Sequence record: OR757453.1 | Reading direction: 5' to 3' (one strand) | DNA from: Escherichia phage BYEP01 | DNA length: 64,000 bases | Part shown: in pieces, positions 1 to 10,841 of the stretch | Position numbering within the stretch: position 1 is the first letter of the stretch | Layout of the letters: each line of letters begins with the position of its first letter | The notes under the pieces: generated by a model | The model's database searches: none | The model's input: only the letters and a program-made list of their open reading frames with translations | Told to the model about the DNA's origin: nothing | Made by a program: the position numbers and the translations under genes

Positions 1-136
1 CATAATCCAAAAATTCATTTTGACCATTAAGCCATTCAATGAGGTTTTGTTTTATTTCAGCAAATGTACCCCCGACGAATATCTCGGGAATAGCATTTGC
101 TGTTCTTGTTAATTGATAATTTACAGGAGTTGTCAT
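1..136 (-). CDS. 6: baseplate wedge subunit gp6, N-terminal fragment (runs off window)
   Basis: Reverse complement of 1-136 translates MTTPVNYQLTRTANAIPEIFVGGTFAEIKQNLIEWLNGQNEFLDY, matching remembered T4 gp6 N-terminus; ATG at 136-134 one nt after stop of upstream ORF. Confidence 0.75.
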   Translation of the reverse strand, partial: MTTPVNYQLTRTANAIPEIFVGGTFAEIKQNLIEWLNGQNEFLDY

Positions 137-137
137 T

Positions 138-2174
138 TTAATTCCTCATAGGAGTTTTTAAGCATGGAATGCATATTGATACTGTTGGAAATGTAATACT
201 TAATCCAAATATTCCAAGCATTTTATTAATCCATTGCACAACCTTACTCAAACATAAAGTCGAAATTTGATTGTATAATGATTTGCATAGATCTTTCATT
301 GACCGAGCGCCATCGGTGAATTCGTGATATAATGATTTTGCTTTAGTAACGCTATTTTCATATACTTTCATTATATCATCGATAGATGCTCCAGCTAAAG
401 ATAATAATGATTCCATTTGTGAAATTAATGGAATTTTTCGAAATTCAGTCAAAGCTAAATCTAATACATCAGACACAGAAATCTGTTTATTTTTTATCAA
501 GTCTTTAATACTGTTATATTTATCCTTTAAAACATTTAAAGCGGATTCAGCTTCTTGTAACGCTTTCTTTTTTGCTATAGTTATTTCATCTTCAACCTTT
601 TCAGCCATTCCTGATAAATATTGTTTAAATTCAATCGTTTGCTTTTTATATTCCTGTGTTTTTAGTTTAATTTCATTCCATACATCCAATGCTTGGGTTT
701 TTAATGATTCTATTTCAGTATAAACTTGTTTAATTTTTTCAGATACGATAGACATAACCATCTGATATACATCAGAAGCAGTAAATCCAGGAAAATTACC
801 TGACATAATCATATCTAATGGAGGAATTTGTTTCATCATTTCCTTCACTAAAGTGATAACAGACCACACTGGATTTGGAATAATTGGTGGCATGCTCCAG
901 ATTTGTGCTAAATCAACACATAATTTTGATAAAGCGACACCGGCCATCATTAATTTTGACCAGGCCCAATCATATAAATCTGTTATTGCATCAACTAAAT
1001 CCCGCGAATACATTTTAACGCGTTCTATAGAATAGTCATATGCAGAACCCATTGCAGAATAAATTGAACTAATAGTATCTTCCAGATTAAAATTTTCAAA
1101 GGTTTCCTTCAATTTTTGAACACCATCTGTTGATGTACATAAATCTTCAATATCAATAGATATGCCCATTATTGTTATTTTAGGTAAAAAACTTTTTAAT
1201 AAATCCCATCCGCCACCGACAATATTTAGAACTTGTGAAACAGAATTTTTAAAAACCATAAAGGCTTGTTGCTGAACATATTGACACATGGCAATTGCCG
1301 AATTTCCAAGCTCTTCCATTGCTACAGATAAATGTGTATATGCCGAATTAAAATATTTTTCAAAATCACTTCCGCTAATTGCCGGCATACCAGGCAACAT
1401 ATCCCAATATAGTTTAAATGAATCTCTTGAGGTGTTCCAAGCCTCAATAATTGCAGATGTTAAGCCATTGTATGGAAATTGGGCAGTAAAATTAACGCAT
1501 GAAATTGCATTAAGTGGAAGCTCTCCAATAATTGATGGAGGTGAATAAGGAATACCGGGAATTGATGTATCTATATTTAAATTTAGTGTTAAACCGACAT
1601 ATGTGCATGGTTTATCTTCATAATATTTTAAATATGCTCTTCGATAATCTCCTAAACCGTTAAAGTTAACATACATTGTATAGTCATTGTTAACACCGAT
1701 CATTGTCCTAGCATCTATTCTAGGACCCGTATGATGCCATGTACCTCCGCGATTTTCAATGCGATACATATCATATTCAATTTCAGTTTTAAAAAATTCA
1801 CGTTTCGATAAATCAGCACCATACCAAGTATTACCTGGAAGTAAAGTTGCACCAATTTGTTCAACGTAATCTTCTAACGCAGTTTGAGTTGGAAAATACA
1901 CGCCGATTTTATGACAAAAAACACCAGTTTGGGTTTCTCCATCAGATGATTCAGTAAATGTATCAGAAGAATGACCAAATGGATTTTCGGTGTAAAGATG
2001 GGTATCTAATTTAATAATTTCAGTGTCCCATTCAACCCCATTATCGGGTTGAATCATTTCTTTATTGGGATTGTATAATTCCCATTTAACTCGTCTATAA
2101 TAACCTTCGGGAATAATTGAACAAGCTGATTGTATGGTATCAACTAATTCATCAACAATTTCGTTATAATTCAT
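138..2174 (-). CDS. large hypothetical protein (678 aa) between gene 5 and gene 6; N-terminal globular part, C-terminal coiled-coil region and hydrophobic Cys-containing tail
   Basis: Uninterrupted 2 kb ORF in AT-rich DNA; ATG at 2174 one nt after gp5 stop (2176-2178); stop 138-140 one nt before gp6 ATG; no recognised motif. Confidence 0.7.
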   Translation of the reverse strand: MNYNEIVDELVDTIQSACSIIPEGYYRRVKWELYNPNKEMIQPDNGVEWDTEIIKLDTHLYTENPFGHSSDTFTESSDGETQTGVFCHKIGVYFPTQTALEDYVEQIGATLLPGNTWYGADLSKREFFKTEIEYDMYRIENRGGTWHHTGPRIDARTMIGVNNDYTMYVNFNGLGDYRRAYLKYYEDKPCTYVGLTLNLNIDTSIPGIPYSPPSIIGELPLNAISCVNFTAQFPYNGLTSAIIEAWNTSRDSFKLYWDMLPGMPAISGSDFEKYFNSAYTHLSVAMEELGNSAIAMCQYVQQQAFMVFKNSVSQVLNIVGGGWDLLKSFLPKITIMGISIDIEDLCTSTDGVQKLKETFENFNLEDTISSIYSAMGSAYDYSIERVKMYSRDLVDAITDLYDWAWSKLMMAGVALSKLCVDLAQIWSMPPIIPNPVWSVITLVKEMMKQIPPLDMIMSGNFPGFTASDVYQMVMSIVSEKIKQVYTEIESLKTQALDVWNEIKLKTQEYKKQTIEFKQYLSGMAEKVEDEITIAKKKALQEAESALNVLKDKYNSIKDLIKNKQISVSDVLDLALTEFRKIPLISQMESLLSLAGASIDDIMKVYENSVTKAKSLYHEFTDGARSMKDLCKSLYNQISTLCLSKVVQWINKMLGIFGLSITFPTVSICIPCLKTPMRN

Positions 2175-2175
2175 A

Positions 2176-3948
2176 TTAACCAACCTGTACGTTTCCACCT
2201 GATACTTTAGAAAGAACCCCGCCATCCATATGAACAGTATTAGATGCACTTAAATTAATATTTGTCGCTGAAAAATTTAAATCTTGCTCAACGTTGACAT
2301 CCATATTTTCAGCATTAACAGTTGCTTTATTTTTAACACTTATGTCTGCGTTTTGGTTAACATTAACAGTCGTGTCTTTTTCAACAGTTATGTATGCTTC
2401 CTGTTCAACAGTTATATCTGCTGTTCCTTGAATAACTACTTTAACATTACCTTTAACTAGGATAGTTCCATTACCTTCAACAGTTTTCGTTTCGTCGCCA
2501 CGCACAAATATTGTATTGCTTCCATCTATTTGGTGGAGACGATTATCCATGTTGTAATAAATTTCTGATCCACCGACGTTAGTCTTTTTATCACCGGCTA
2601 CCAAAAAATTACCATCAGCATTTGTTATATCATACAAATTATCAACAGTTTTTCTTGTTCTTCTTCCTGACGGTGATACTTCCTCATATGTTCCAGTCGG
2701 ATGAACTAATCTGTATCGTTCTTGTCCCGGGGTATCGTCAAATTCCTGAATATGACCGCTTTCAGTTTCCATTGTGTGAACATACGGATATTCACCTTTA
2801 TATGAAGAAACAGGTTCTTTGAATAAAATTCTCGAATCATTCGGAATAGGAGGGTCAGCTGGATCAGAAGACTTTGCTACAGCAGCAGCCATTGCTGACA
2901 AAGACCTAGCTGGTGTTTTAACTTCAATACCGTATGATTCCAAATTCCCTGTAAGAATAATCATGGTAACACGGGATGCACGGCCTTTTGTTTGTTGATA
3001 CCACAATGAATCACGACCAGCTTTATATGCTTTTTCCCAATCTCCGGCTAACATAGCAGTTAACATTGTGTTAAATTTAGCTACACCGCCAACGCCCATC
3101 TGAAATGCCATATTTTCTAATGCCATTTGACGAGAACGATTAACCGCTTGCCAAACTGGGCCAACTTTAGAATGTGATTTAATGTCGCGTTGCATATCAG
3201 CTAAATCACGTTCAAATAAAGTTACCGCTTCTTCCATTGTAATAGAACCTGGATTTCCGGTAATTTCACGACCAACTTGTTTTGATAAAACTTTATTAAT
3301 TTGGGTCATATCACGAACTGGCTGTTTCATGATAAGATGACCAATACCAATTGTCGGATATCCTTCGGTATCCCAATAAACTTTTAGTCTTAATCCTTCG
3401 TCACGGCGAAGCATTTCAGCCATTGACATATTTGGATTATCATCAGTTGGAATCTCTGATAGCGGTCTATCATCGGGATTTATCGCAGTGTCTAGATTAC
3501 TGTCTTGGATAATATTAGAAGACGAATCATATCCTACTTCTCCGCCTTGGTTTAATACGTTAGTATCATTTCCTAGACGTCTAGGATACTGACCAGTTGG
3601 GTCAGAAAATCCTTCAAGTCTATTAGGTTTTTCGCGAACTATTCCGCCATAAGTACCAAGGACAATTCCGTTAGTTTTCCATTTGTCTAAAAAATGACCA
3701 TAAACTCTAGTTCCTTCTACTGGTCCAGTAACGGAACCTCCAATTCCAGACATTGCTGCAGAAGTTATAGGTTGAATAACTGACATCCATGGTAATTTAT
3801 CGGTTGGAATACCCATTACGTCGCCTTGCGCTCTTTGAGGTGGATGCAGACCAACCACACGAACACGAACACGACCTAATTTTAATGGGTCCATTCTATC
3901 TTCAACAACACCAACAAACCAGTTGAGGTTATTACTTATCATTTCCAT
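2176..3948 (-). CDS. 5: baseplate hub subunit and tail lysozyme gp5 (590 aa)
   Basis: Lysozyme-like central domain (EMLRRDEGLRLKVYWDTEGYPTIGIGHL) and C-terminal V-x-G-rich beta-helix repeats; synteny with 53. Confidence 0.92.
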   Translation of the reverse strand: MEMISNNLNWFVGVVEDRMDPLKLGRVRVRVVGLHPPQRAQGDVMGIPTDKLPWMSVIQPITSAAMSGIGGSVTGPVEGTRVYGHFLDKWKTNGIVLGTYGGIVREKPNRLEGFSDPTGQYPRRLGNDTNVLNQGGEVGYDSSSNIIQDSNLDTAINPDDRPLSEIPTDDNPNMSMAEMLRRDEGLRLKVYWDTEGYPTIGIGHLIMKQPVRDMTQINKVLSKQVGREITGNPGSITMEEAVTLFERDLADMQRDIKSHSKVGPVWQAVNRSRQMALENMAFQMGVGGVAKFNTMLTAMLAGDWEKAYKAGRDSLWYQQTKGRASRVTMIILTGNLESYGIEVKTPARSLSAMAAAVAKSSDPADPPIPNDSRILFKEPVSSYKGEYPYVHTMETESGHIQEFDDTPGQERYRLVHPTGTYEEVSPSGRRTRKTVDNLYDITNADGNFLVAGDKKTNVGGSEIYYNMDNRLHQIDGSNTIFVRGDETKTVEGNGTILVKGNVKVVIQGTADITVEQEAYITVEKDTTVNVNQNADISVKNKATVNAENMDVNVEQDLNFSATNINLSASNTVHMDGGVLSKVSGGNVQVG

Positions 3949-4522
3949 AAGATTTCTCCATTATACGTATAAGGTCGTTCATAAATGAATTGATGTCTGA
4001 TTTTGCTATTATTTTTATTTGACGAAGTTTTTCATTTTCAAGAACAGCCGATTCATACGTATCGACCGCAGCAAGTGCTCCTTCATATTGAGGATATTTT
4101 CTAGCTTTATCGCCTTTGTCATACCAAACATATGGATTATCATCGTATGATATTAAATTATAAAATTTTTCACCGTTCTCATTCACATGATATACTATTT
4201 GGTCTCCACCTACGTTTTTGTATTTTTGTATAGATGCTTGATAAGCAGCTTCTTGCGAAGTAATCCATCCATAATACGGATCATAATTATCATTACACAT
4301 CAATAAAACCCAATACAACTGCGGATTTCCATATATAGCATTTGCTAATTCTTCCGGGCGTGGTGAACCTTTAATATAATAAGTACGTAATCGGTATCCC
4401 GCAAGAGCGCGTTTGAAATAGTCTTTATAGTTTCTAAAAATATCTGTCATAGGAATAGTCGGCGCGTTTTTATTCACCGTTTTGGCCGCATATTCAATCG
4501 GATCAAAAAATGTAAAGAGCAT
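3932..4522 (-). CDS. 53: baseplate wedge subunit gp53 (196 aa)
   Basis: Length and sequence match remembered T4 gp53; upstream of gene 5 on same strand. Confidence 0.85.
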   Translation of the reverse strand: MLFTFFDPIEYAAKTVNKNAPTIPMTDIFRNYKDYFKRALAGYRLRTYYIKGSPRPEELANAIYGNPQLYWVLLMCNDNYDPYYGWITSQEAAYQASIQKYKNVGGDQIVYHVNENGEKFYNLISYDDNPYVWYDKGDKARKYPQYEGALAAVDTYESAVLENEKLRQIKIIAKSDINSFMNDLIRIMEKSYGNDK

Positions 4523-4535
4523 GGGCCCTCCTGTT

Positions 4536-4543
4536 TATAAATA
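4536..4543 (+). promoter_or_regulatory. late promoter TATAAATA for gene 4
   Basis: Exact TATAAATA about 27 nt upstream of gene 4 ATG. Confidence 0.6.
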
Positions 4544-4550
4544 TATTATC

Positions 4551-4558
4551 TATTTATA
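4551..4558 (-). promoter_or_regulatory. late promoter TATAAATA (minus strand) for gene 53
   Basis: tatttata on plus strand = TATAAATA on minus, about 30 nt upstream of gene 53 ATG; divergent with gene 4 promoter. Confidence 0.6.
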
Positions 4559-4569
4559 AGGAGAATCCA

Positions 4570-5022
4570 ATGGCATATTCTGGAAAATGGGTTCCTAAAA
4601 ATATATCAAAGTATAGAGGTGACCCTAAAAAAATTACGTATAGATCAAATTGGGAAAAATTCTTTTTTGAATGGTTAGATAAAAATCCAGAAATTATTGC
4701 ATGGGGTAGTGAAACAGCAGTAATTCCTTATTTTTGTAATGCAGAAGGGAAAAAACGTAGATACTTCATGGATATTTGGATGAAAGATTCTTCTGGACAA
4801 GAATTTTTTATTGAAATAAAACCTAAAAAAGAAACACAACCACCAGTTAAACCAGCACATCTAACGACCGCAGCGAAGAAAAGATTTATGAATGAAATTT
4901 ATACATATTCTGTTAATACTGACAAATGGAAAGCAGCGCAATCTTTAGCTGAAAAGCGTGGAATAAAATTTAGAATTCTAACAGAAGATGGATTACGAGC
5001 TCTTGGCTTTAAGGGGGCATAA
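4570..5022 (+). CDS. 4: head completion protein gp4 (150 aa)
   Basis: 150 aa, SD AAGGAG upstream, synteny 53/4/2/3/1. Confidence 0.85.
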   Translation: MAYSGKWVPKNISKYRGDPKKITYRSNWEKFFFEWLDKNPEIIAWGSETAVIPYFCNAEGKKRRYFMDIWMKDSSGQEFFIEIKPKKETQPPVKPAHLTTAAKKRFMNEIYTYSVNTDKWKAAQSLAEKRGIKFRILTEDGLRALGFKGA

Positions 5023-5846
5023 TGGCTATTTTTCAAATAATTAATGAAAGCACTCCCCAAGTTCCAAAGGTTAAGCAATCATTAAACGAAAAGAAATGGA
5101 TTCAGATAGGTCTTGAATACAAAAAAGCCAAAGCAAAAGGAATGACAGGAAAGCAATTTGCTGAAGAAAGAGGAATCAAATACTCTACGTTTACTTCAGC
5201 GATGTCAAAATATGCTTCAGGAATTAAAACGGCTGAAAAGATTCAAAAGCTTGAATCAAAACCAATGAATAAACTTAATAAGCAAGAAAGACAACTGCTT
5301 ATGATAAATTCATTCAGGCAAACGTTGCGTGATAAAATTCGTAATGAAGGTGCAGCAATTAATAATAAAACCAGAAAGTGGTTTGCTGAAACTATTAAGC
5401 AAGTAAAAGGACATAAAGTTGTTCGCCCGCAGCCGGGACGAATATATGCTTTTGCTTACGATGCTAAACACAAAGAAACTCTTCCTTACTGGGATAAATT
5501 TCCTTTGATAATTTACCTCGGTTTAGGTAAACATAATTTAATGTATGGATTGAACTTGCACTATATTCCACCTAAAGCTCGTCAACAGTTTCTAGAAGAG
5601 CTTTTAAAGCAATATGCAAATACACCTACTATTACTAATAAAACGAAATTAAAAATTGATTGGAGTCAAGTGAAAGGATTTAGGGGTGCAGACCAAATGA
5701 TTAAGGCATATATACCCGGTAATATCATGGGTAGCCTAGTTGAAATCGCCCCAAAAGACTGGGCGAACGTTGTGTTAATGCCACTTCAAAGCTTTTACTC
5801 CAAAGGAAAACGTTTCTCTGCAAACAAAGTCTGGTCAAATATCTAA
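5022..5846 (+). CDS. 2: DNA end protector protein gp2 (274 aa)
   Basis: 274 aa; TAATG stop/start overlap with gene 4; synteny. Confidence 0.85.
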   Translation: MAIFQIINESTPQVPKVKQSLNEKKWIQIGLEYKKAKAKGMTGKQFAEERGIKYSTFTSAMSKYASGIKTAEKIQKLESKPMNKLNKQERQLLMINSFRQTLRDKIRNEGAAINNKTRKWFAETIKQVKGHKVVRPQPGRIYAFAYDAKHKETLPYWDKFPLIIYLGLGKHNLMYGLNLHYIPPKARQQFLEELLKQYANTPTITNKTKLKIDWSQVKGFRGADQMIKAYIPGNIMGSLVEIAPKDWANVVLMPLQSFYSKGKRFSANKVWSNI

Positions 5847-5952
5847 TTCTATTATCTTCCATTCTTTTCTGTTGTTTGTTCTAATTGGAATTGAATGGAA
5901 GGGACTTAGACCCATTATACCACCAACATTTATAAAGCATTATGAGGAATAT

Positions 5953-6483
5953 ATGTCACAAGCTCTGCAACAAATTTTTAACCAAGCAAATACAACTAAC
6001 TTTGTAGTATCAATACCACATAGTAATACTACATCTGCTTTTACTTTAAATGCTCAGTCAGTTCCTATTCCGGGAATTAGGATACCTGTTACTGATACCG
6101 TGACTGGGCCGTTTGGACTGGGCCGAGCACAACGTCCAGGTGTTACATTTGAGTATGATCCACTCATTGTGAGATTTATAGTTGATGAAGAGCTTAAGTC
6201 GTGGATAGGAATGTATGAATGGATGCTAGGAACTAGTAACTATCTTACAGGCGAAAATACTGCCCAAAAAACAGGTCCTGAATACATTACGCTTTACATT
6301 TTAGATAATAGTAAAACTGAAATCGTGATGTCAATAAATTTTTATAAGCCTTGGGTTTCTGACTTGTCTGAAGTAGAATTTAGCTACACGGAAGATTCAG
6401 ACCCAGCTTTAGTATGTACAGCAACGATTCCTTACACCTATTTTCAAGTAGAAAAAGATGGAAAAATTATAGCAGAAGTTTAA
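5953..6483 (+). CDS. 3: tail completion and sheath stabilizer gp3 (176 aa)
   Basis: Start chosen at ATG 5953 (MSQALQQIFNQ, SD GAGGAA upstream), giving the T4 gp3 length; ORF track start 5872 likely too early. Confidence 0.8.
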   Translation: MSQALQQIFNQANTTNFVVSIPHSNTTSAFTLNAQSVPIPGIRIPVTDTVTGPFGLGRAQRPGVTFEYDPLIVRFIVDEELKSWIGMYEWMLGTSNYLTGENTAQKTGPEYITLYILDNSKTEIVMSINFYKPWVSDLSEVEFSYTEDSDPALVCTATIPYTYFQVEKDGKIIAEV

Positions 6484-6532
6484 TGCTTCAGTTTTGTGTG
6501 TTATAATCTTAACTAAATTTGAGGAGAAACAC

Positions 6533-7257
6533 ATGAAACTAATCTTTTTAAGCGGTGTAAAGCGTAGTGGAAAAGATACTACTGCTGATTTTATCATGAG
6601 CAATTATTCTGCAGTTAAATACCAACTTGCTGGTCCTATTAAGGATGCATTGTCTTATGCATGGGGCGTATTTGCAGAAAACACTGACTATCCTTGCTTA
6701 ACTCGTAAAGAGTTTGAAGGAATTGACTATGATCGTGAGACTAATTTAAATCTGACTAAATCAGAAGTAATCACGATTATGGAACAAGCATTTTGCTATC
6801 TTAATAGCAAAAGCCCAATTAAAGGCGTGTTTGTTTTTGAGGACGAAGGACAAGAATCAGTTGATTCCGTAGCATGTAACAAGATTATTGACGTTATAAA
6901 TAATATTGAAGATCAATGGTCAGTCCGTCGTCTGATGCAAGCCCTAGGTACGGATTTGATTGTTAATAACTTCGACCGCATGTATTGGGTAAAATTATTT
7001 GCTTTAGATTATCTTGATAAATTTAACTTAGGTTATGATTATTATATCGTTCCTGATACTCGTCAAGATCATGAAATGGATGCGGCTAGGGCGATGGGTG
7101 CTACAGTAATTCATGTAGTTCGTCCTGGTCAAAAATCCAATGATACTCATATTACAGAAGCTGGATTGCTAATTCGTGATGGCGATTTAGTAATTACAAA
7201 CGATGGTTCTCTTGAAGAACTTTTTTCTAAAATTAAAAATACACTAAAGGTACTATA

Positions 7258-7258
<1 letters not shown>
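6533..7258 (+). CDS. 1: deoxynucleoside monophosphate kinase gp1 (241 aa)
   Basis: P-loop GVKRSGKDT; start at MKLIFLSG with SD GAGGAG; 241 aa as in T4. Confidence 0.88.
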
Positions 7259-7955
<697 letters not shown>

Positions 7956-7967
7956 TTTCACAAAGTT

Positions 7968-7997
7968 GTTTACACGTTGATGAGGTAATGATACTAT
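7968..7997 (+). promoter_or_regulatory. early promoter (GTTTAC -35, TACTAT -10) overlapping a perfect 10-bp inverted repeat
   Basis: gtttac..N18..tactat; gatgaggtaa/ttacctcatc flank the -10. Confidence 0.5.
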
Positions 7998-8027
7998 TAC
8001 CTCATCAAAATTAATTAGGAAAATAAA

Positions 8028-8300
8028 ATGAAAACTTTCAAAGAATTTATCAATGAAGCTGCTTTTAACGAAAAAGTAAAAATTAGCAAAGCTGTCAAGA
8101 CTATGATTGATAACATCAATTACCTATATGGTATTGATTTAACTGACTATGTAACAGTTGGTAACAAACGTAACTATTTCGTGTTTGACATCTCTGAACT
8201 TGACCAGAATCAAATTAACAACATTGAGCGTTTTGCTAATGATAAGGGTCTTCGACACGAGCCTGGTGGCTATAAAAAATACGCAATTTATTTAAAATGA
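8028..8300 (+). CDS. ipI: internal head protein (IPI-like) with capsid targeting sequence
   Basis: N-terminus MKTFKEFINEA resembles T4 CTS MKTYQEFIAE; position after 57B. Confidence 0.7.
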   Translation: MKTFKEFINEAAFNEKVKISKAVKTMIDNINYLYGIDLTDYVTVGNKRNYFVFDISELDQNQINNIERFANDKGLRHEPGGYKKYAIYLK

Positions 8301-8330
8301 GTTTACTTTTAGATAGGGTAGTGATACTAT
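8301..8330 (+). promoter_or_regulatory. early promoter overlapping inverted repeat
   Basis: gtttac..tactat; gatagggta/taccctatc inverted repeat around the -10. Confidence 0.5.
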
Positions 8331-8358
8331 TACCCTATCAACTACTGAGGAGAATAAA

Positions 8359-8541
8359 ATGAAACGTTGTGAATTAATTCGAAATGTTGCTATTGCAATT
8401 TCTGCTTCTGCTTTTAGTTTTTCAATGTTTGTTGGATTTATATGTGGATTATTAACTACAGCAGAAAATGTGTTTTCACTTGTAGTAGCATTTTTAATTG
8501 GTTTAATCGCTATCGTTATGGATAAAATTTCTAAAGGTTAA
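8359..8541 (+). CDS. small hydrophobic membrane protein (60 aa)
   Basis: Strong SD GAGGAG; two predicted transmembrane stretches. Confidence 0.55.
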   Translation: MKRCELIRNVAIAISASAFSFSMFVGFICGLLTTAENVFSLVVAFLIGLIAIVMDKISKG

Positions 8542-8543
8542 TA

Positions 8544-8831
8544 ATGATTCTTTATGCGAAAGTATCGTCCGTTGAAAATGGATATAAATATGATCAAGAT
8601 GCGGCTAAAGCCTTGATTGATGATTATGGCATTTTAACATGTTTTGAAGTTGAAAAGGTTTACATTGACCGTTCATCTTCTCAAGTTAAATTAGTAAAGG
8701 AAGACCGTAAATTTAATACAGTAAATTTTGATTTCTTTATTGAAACAGAAAAAGGTCCTCTTGAATATGATATTTTCAAGAATCCTTTGGGTCTTGAATG
8801 CATCGTAAATATGTATTATCATAAATGGTAA
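8544..8831 (+). CDS. hypothetical protein (95 aa)
   Basis: ORF abutting previous gene. Confidence 0.5.
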   Translation: MILYAKVSSVENGYKYDQDAAKALIDDYGILTCFEVEKVYIDRSSSQVKLVKEDRKFNTVNFDFFIETEKGPLEYDIFKNPLGLECIVNMYYHKW

Positions 8832-8941
8832 ATATGCTTTAAGAATTATTTGTTATTATTAACTCATATCGCACTGATTAATACCCTCTATCATCAAGGG
8901 TTCTTGCTTGAGAGCCTTTGTTAATAATTGGGAATCATATT

Positions 8942-9550
8942 ATGGATACTAAATTAGCTGAAATTTTTGAAGGAAAACATCCAAATTTTAGTACAGGAAA
9001 GCTGAAAGATAAAATAATAAAAGAAAATATTTTTCCATATGAGTGTGCAATTTGTAAAATTTCAAAATGGCAAAATAAGCATATTGTTCTGCAATTAGAC
9101 CATATTGACGGAAATAACAAAAATCATCTTAAATCAAATTTAAGATTATTATGTCCAAATTGCCATTCGCAAACTGATACTTTTGCTGGTAAAAATATTA
9201 AAAATAATAAAAAGCGTTATAATGTTAGTGATGAAGAAATTTTAAACGCATTATTAAATTCTGCTACTATATCATCTGCAATTACTTCATTAGGTTTAAG
9301 TAAAGGCGGAAACTATAAAAGATTCATTAAAATTGCTAATGATAATAAATTATATCATTTACTGGTAAATATTAATGAAAACATTTTAACTGATGAAATT
9401 TACGAAGAATTAGTTAAAATTGATTATTCTAAATTTGGATGGGTTAGTAAAGCTGCTAAAATAATAGGTATAAGCCCACAAAAAGCTAGAAAATGGATAG
9501 AACGAAAGTGTCCAGAATTGATAGAACAATCTTTTTCACGTAATAAATAA
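8942..9550 (+). CDS. HNH homing endonuclease
   Basis: HNH motif LDHIDGNNKNH...LRLLCPNCH; sits immediately upstream of tRNA cluster. Confidence 0.8.
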   Translation: MDTKLAEIFEGKHPNFSTGKLKDKIIKENIFPYECAICKISKWQNKHIVLQLDHIDGNNKNHLKSNLRLLCPNCHSQTDTFAGKNIKNNKKRYNVSDEEILNALLNSATISSAITSLGLSKGGNYKRFIKIANDNKLYHLLVNINENILTDEIYEELVKIDYSKFGWVSKAAKIIGISPQKARKWIERKCPELIEQSFSRNK

Positions 9551-9556
9551 TATAGA

Positions 9557-9643
9557 GCGAGAATGGTCAAATTGGTAAAGGCACAGCACTTAAAATGCTG
9601 CGGAATGATTTCCTTGTGGGTTCGAGTCCCACTTCTCGTACCA
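9557..9643 (+). tRNA. tRNA-Leu (anticodon UAA), long variable arm, CCA encoded
   Basis: Manual cloverleaf: acceptor gcgagaa/ttctcgt, anticodon stem cagca/tgctg, loop cttaaaa. Confidence 0.8.
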
Positions 9644-9649
9644 AAGTTT

Positions 9650-9721
<72 letters not shown>

Positions 9722-9733
9722 AAATTTAATTTA

Positions 9734-9807
9734 CTCCGTGTAGCTCAGTTTGGTAGAGCGTCTGCTTTGGGAGCAGAATGTCGCAGGTTCAAATCCTGCC
9801 GCGGAGA
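9734..9807 (+). tRNA. tRNA-Pro (anticodon UGG)
   Basis: Acceptor ctccgtg/cgcggag; anticodon loop tttggga; T-loop ttcaaat. Confidence 0.8.
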
Positions 9808-9809
9808 CT

Positions 9810-9896
9810 GGAGGCGTGGCAGAGTGGTTTAATGCACCGGTCTTGAAAACCGGCAGTCGCTCCGGCGACTCATAGGTTCAAATCCTATCGCCTCCG
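9810..9896 (+). tRNA. tRNA-Ser (anticodon UGA), long variable arm
   Basis: Acceptor ggaggcg/cgcctcc; anticodon loop cttgaaa. Confidence 0.8.
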
Positions 9897-9903
9897 TAAT
9901 TTC

Positions 9904-9976
9904 GCTGATTTAGCTCAGTAGGTAGAGCACCTCACTTGTAATGAGGATGTCGGCGGTTCGATTCCGTCAATCAGCA
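9904..9976 (+). tRNA. tRNA-Thr (anticodon UGU)
   Basis: Acceptor gctgatt/aatcagc; anticodon loop cttgtaa. Confidence 0.8.
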
Positions 9977-9982
9977 TATCAA

Positions 9983-10054
9983 GGCCCTGTAGCTGGAAGG
10001 TTCAAGCAAGCGACTCATAATCGCCAGATGGTGGTTCAATTCCACCCAGGGCCA
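9983..10054 (+). tRNA. tRNA-Ile (anticodon CAU, presumably modified to read AUA)
   Basis: Acceptor ggccctg/cagggcc; anticodon loop ctcataa with 4-bp stem. Confidence 0.7.
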
Positions 10055-10095
10055 TATTTTGAGAACATAAATACTCTTAGAAATAGGAGATATTT

Positions 10096-10761
10096 ATGTT
10101 CCATTACATTTATAAAATAACAAATAAAATTAATAATAAAATCTATATAGGCGCTCATTCTACCGAAAATTTAGATGATGGATATATGGGTTCTGGTAAA
10201 TTATTAAAAAGAGCCCAAGATAAGTATGGTATAGAAAATTTTTCTAAAGAAATATTAGAGTTCTTTGACGATAAAACCTCTATGTTTGAGTCAGAAAAGA
10301 ATATTGTGACTGAAGAGTTTTTAAAACGCCCTGATGTTTATAATTTGAAATTAGGTGGTGAAGGTGGTTGGGACCATTTAAACACTAAAGAATATTTGGA
10401 TAAAAAGAAAGAAGCTTCCTTAAAAGGAGCTGCCGCTTTTAAAACCAGATTTGAGAACGACCCAGACCTTAAAGAAAAATATCGTAAAATGGGTTCAGAA
10501 AGGTTTAAACAGCTTTGGGATAATCCTAAGTATAGAGAGAAATTTTTAAATACTAAATCTTTCTTGGGTAAGACCCATACTCCTGAAACTATTAATAAAA
10601 TGAAAGAAATTCACGCTAAAAATAATCACCAGAAAGGAGAAAAGAATTCCCAATTTGGTATGATGTGGATTCATTCATTAGATGAAAAAGTTTCTAAACG
10701 TATTAAGAAAACTGACCCAATTCCAGAAGGATGGTTTAAAGGTCGAAAAATGAAATTTTAA
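10096..10761 (+). CDS. segB: GIY-YIG homing endonuclease SegB (221 aa) inside tRNA cluster
   Basis: GIY-YIG motif YIYKITNKINNKIYIGAHS; NUMOD-like repeats; between tRNA-Ile and tRNA-Arg as in T4. Confidence 0.85.
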   Translation: MFHYIYKITNKINNKIYIGAHSTENLDDGYMGSGKLLKRAQDKYGIENFSKEILEFFDDKTSMFESEKNIVTEEFLKRPDVYNLKLGGEGGWDHLNTKEYLDKKKEASLKGAAAFKTRFENDPDLKEKYRKMGSERFKQLWDNPKYREKFLNTKSFLGKTHTPETINKMKEIHAKNNHQKGEKNSQFGMMWIHSLDEKVSKRIKKTDPIPEGWFKGRKMKF

Positions 10762-10764
10762 TTA

Positions 10765-10841
10765 CGGGGCATAGCTCAATTGTATAGAGCAACGGATTTC
10801 TAATCCGTTGGTTGAAGGTTAGAATCCTTCTGCCTCGACCA
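10765..10841 (+). tRNA. tRNA-Arg (anticodon UCU), CCA encoded
   Basis: Anticodon stem acgga/tccgt, loop tttctaa; acceptor cggggca/tgcctcg. Confidence 0.75.

Noticed and set aside
853-1548. Plus-strand ORFs 853..1035 and 1288..1548
   Set aside because: Both lie antisense inside the long minus-strand ORF 138..2174 with no start signals; most likely chance ORFs.
5872-5952. Track start of gene 3 at 5872
   Set aside because: No RBS there; the ATG at 5953 has an SD and gives the expected gp3 length.
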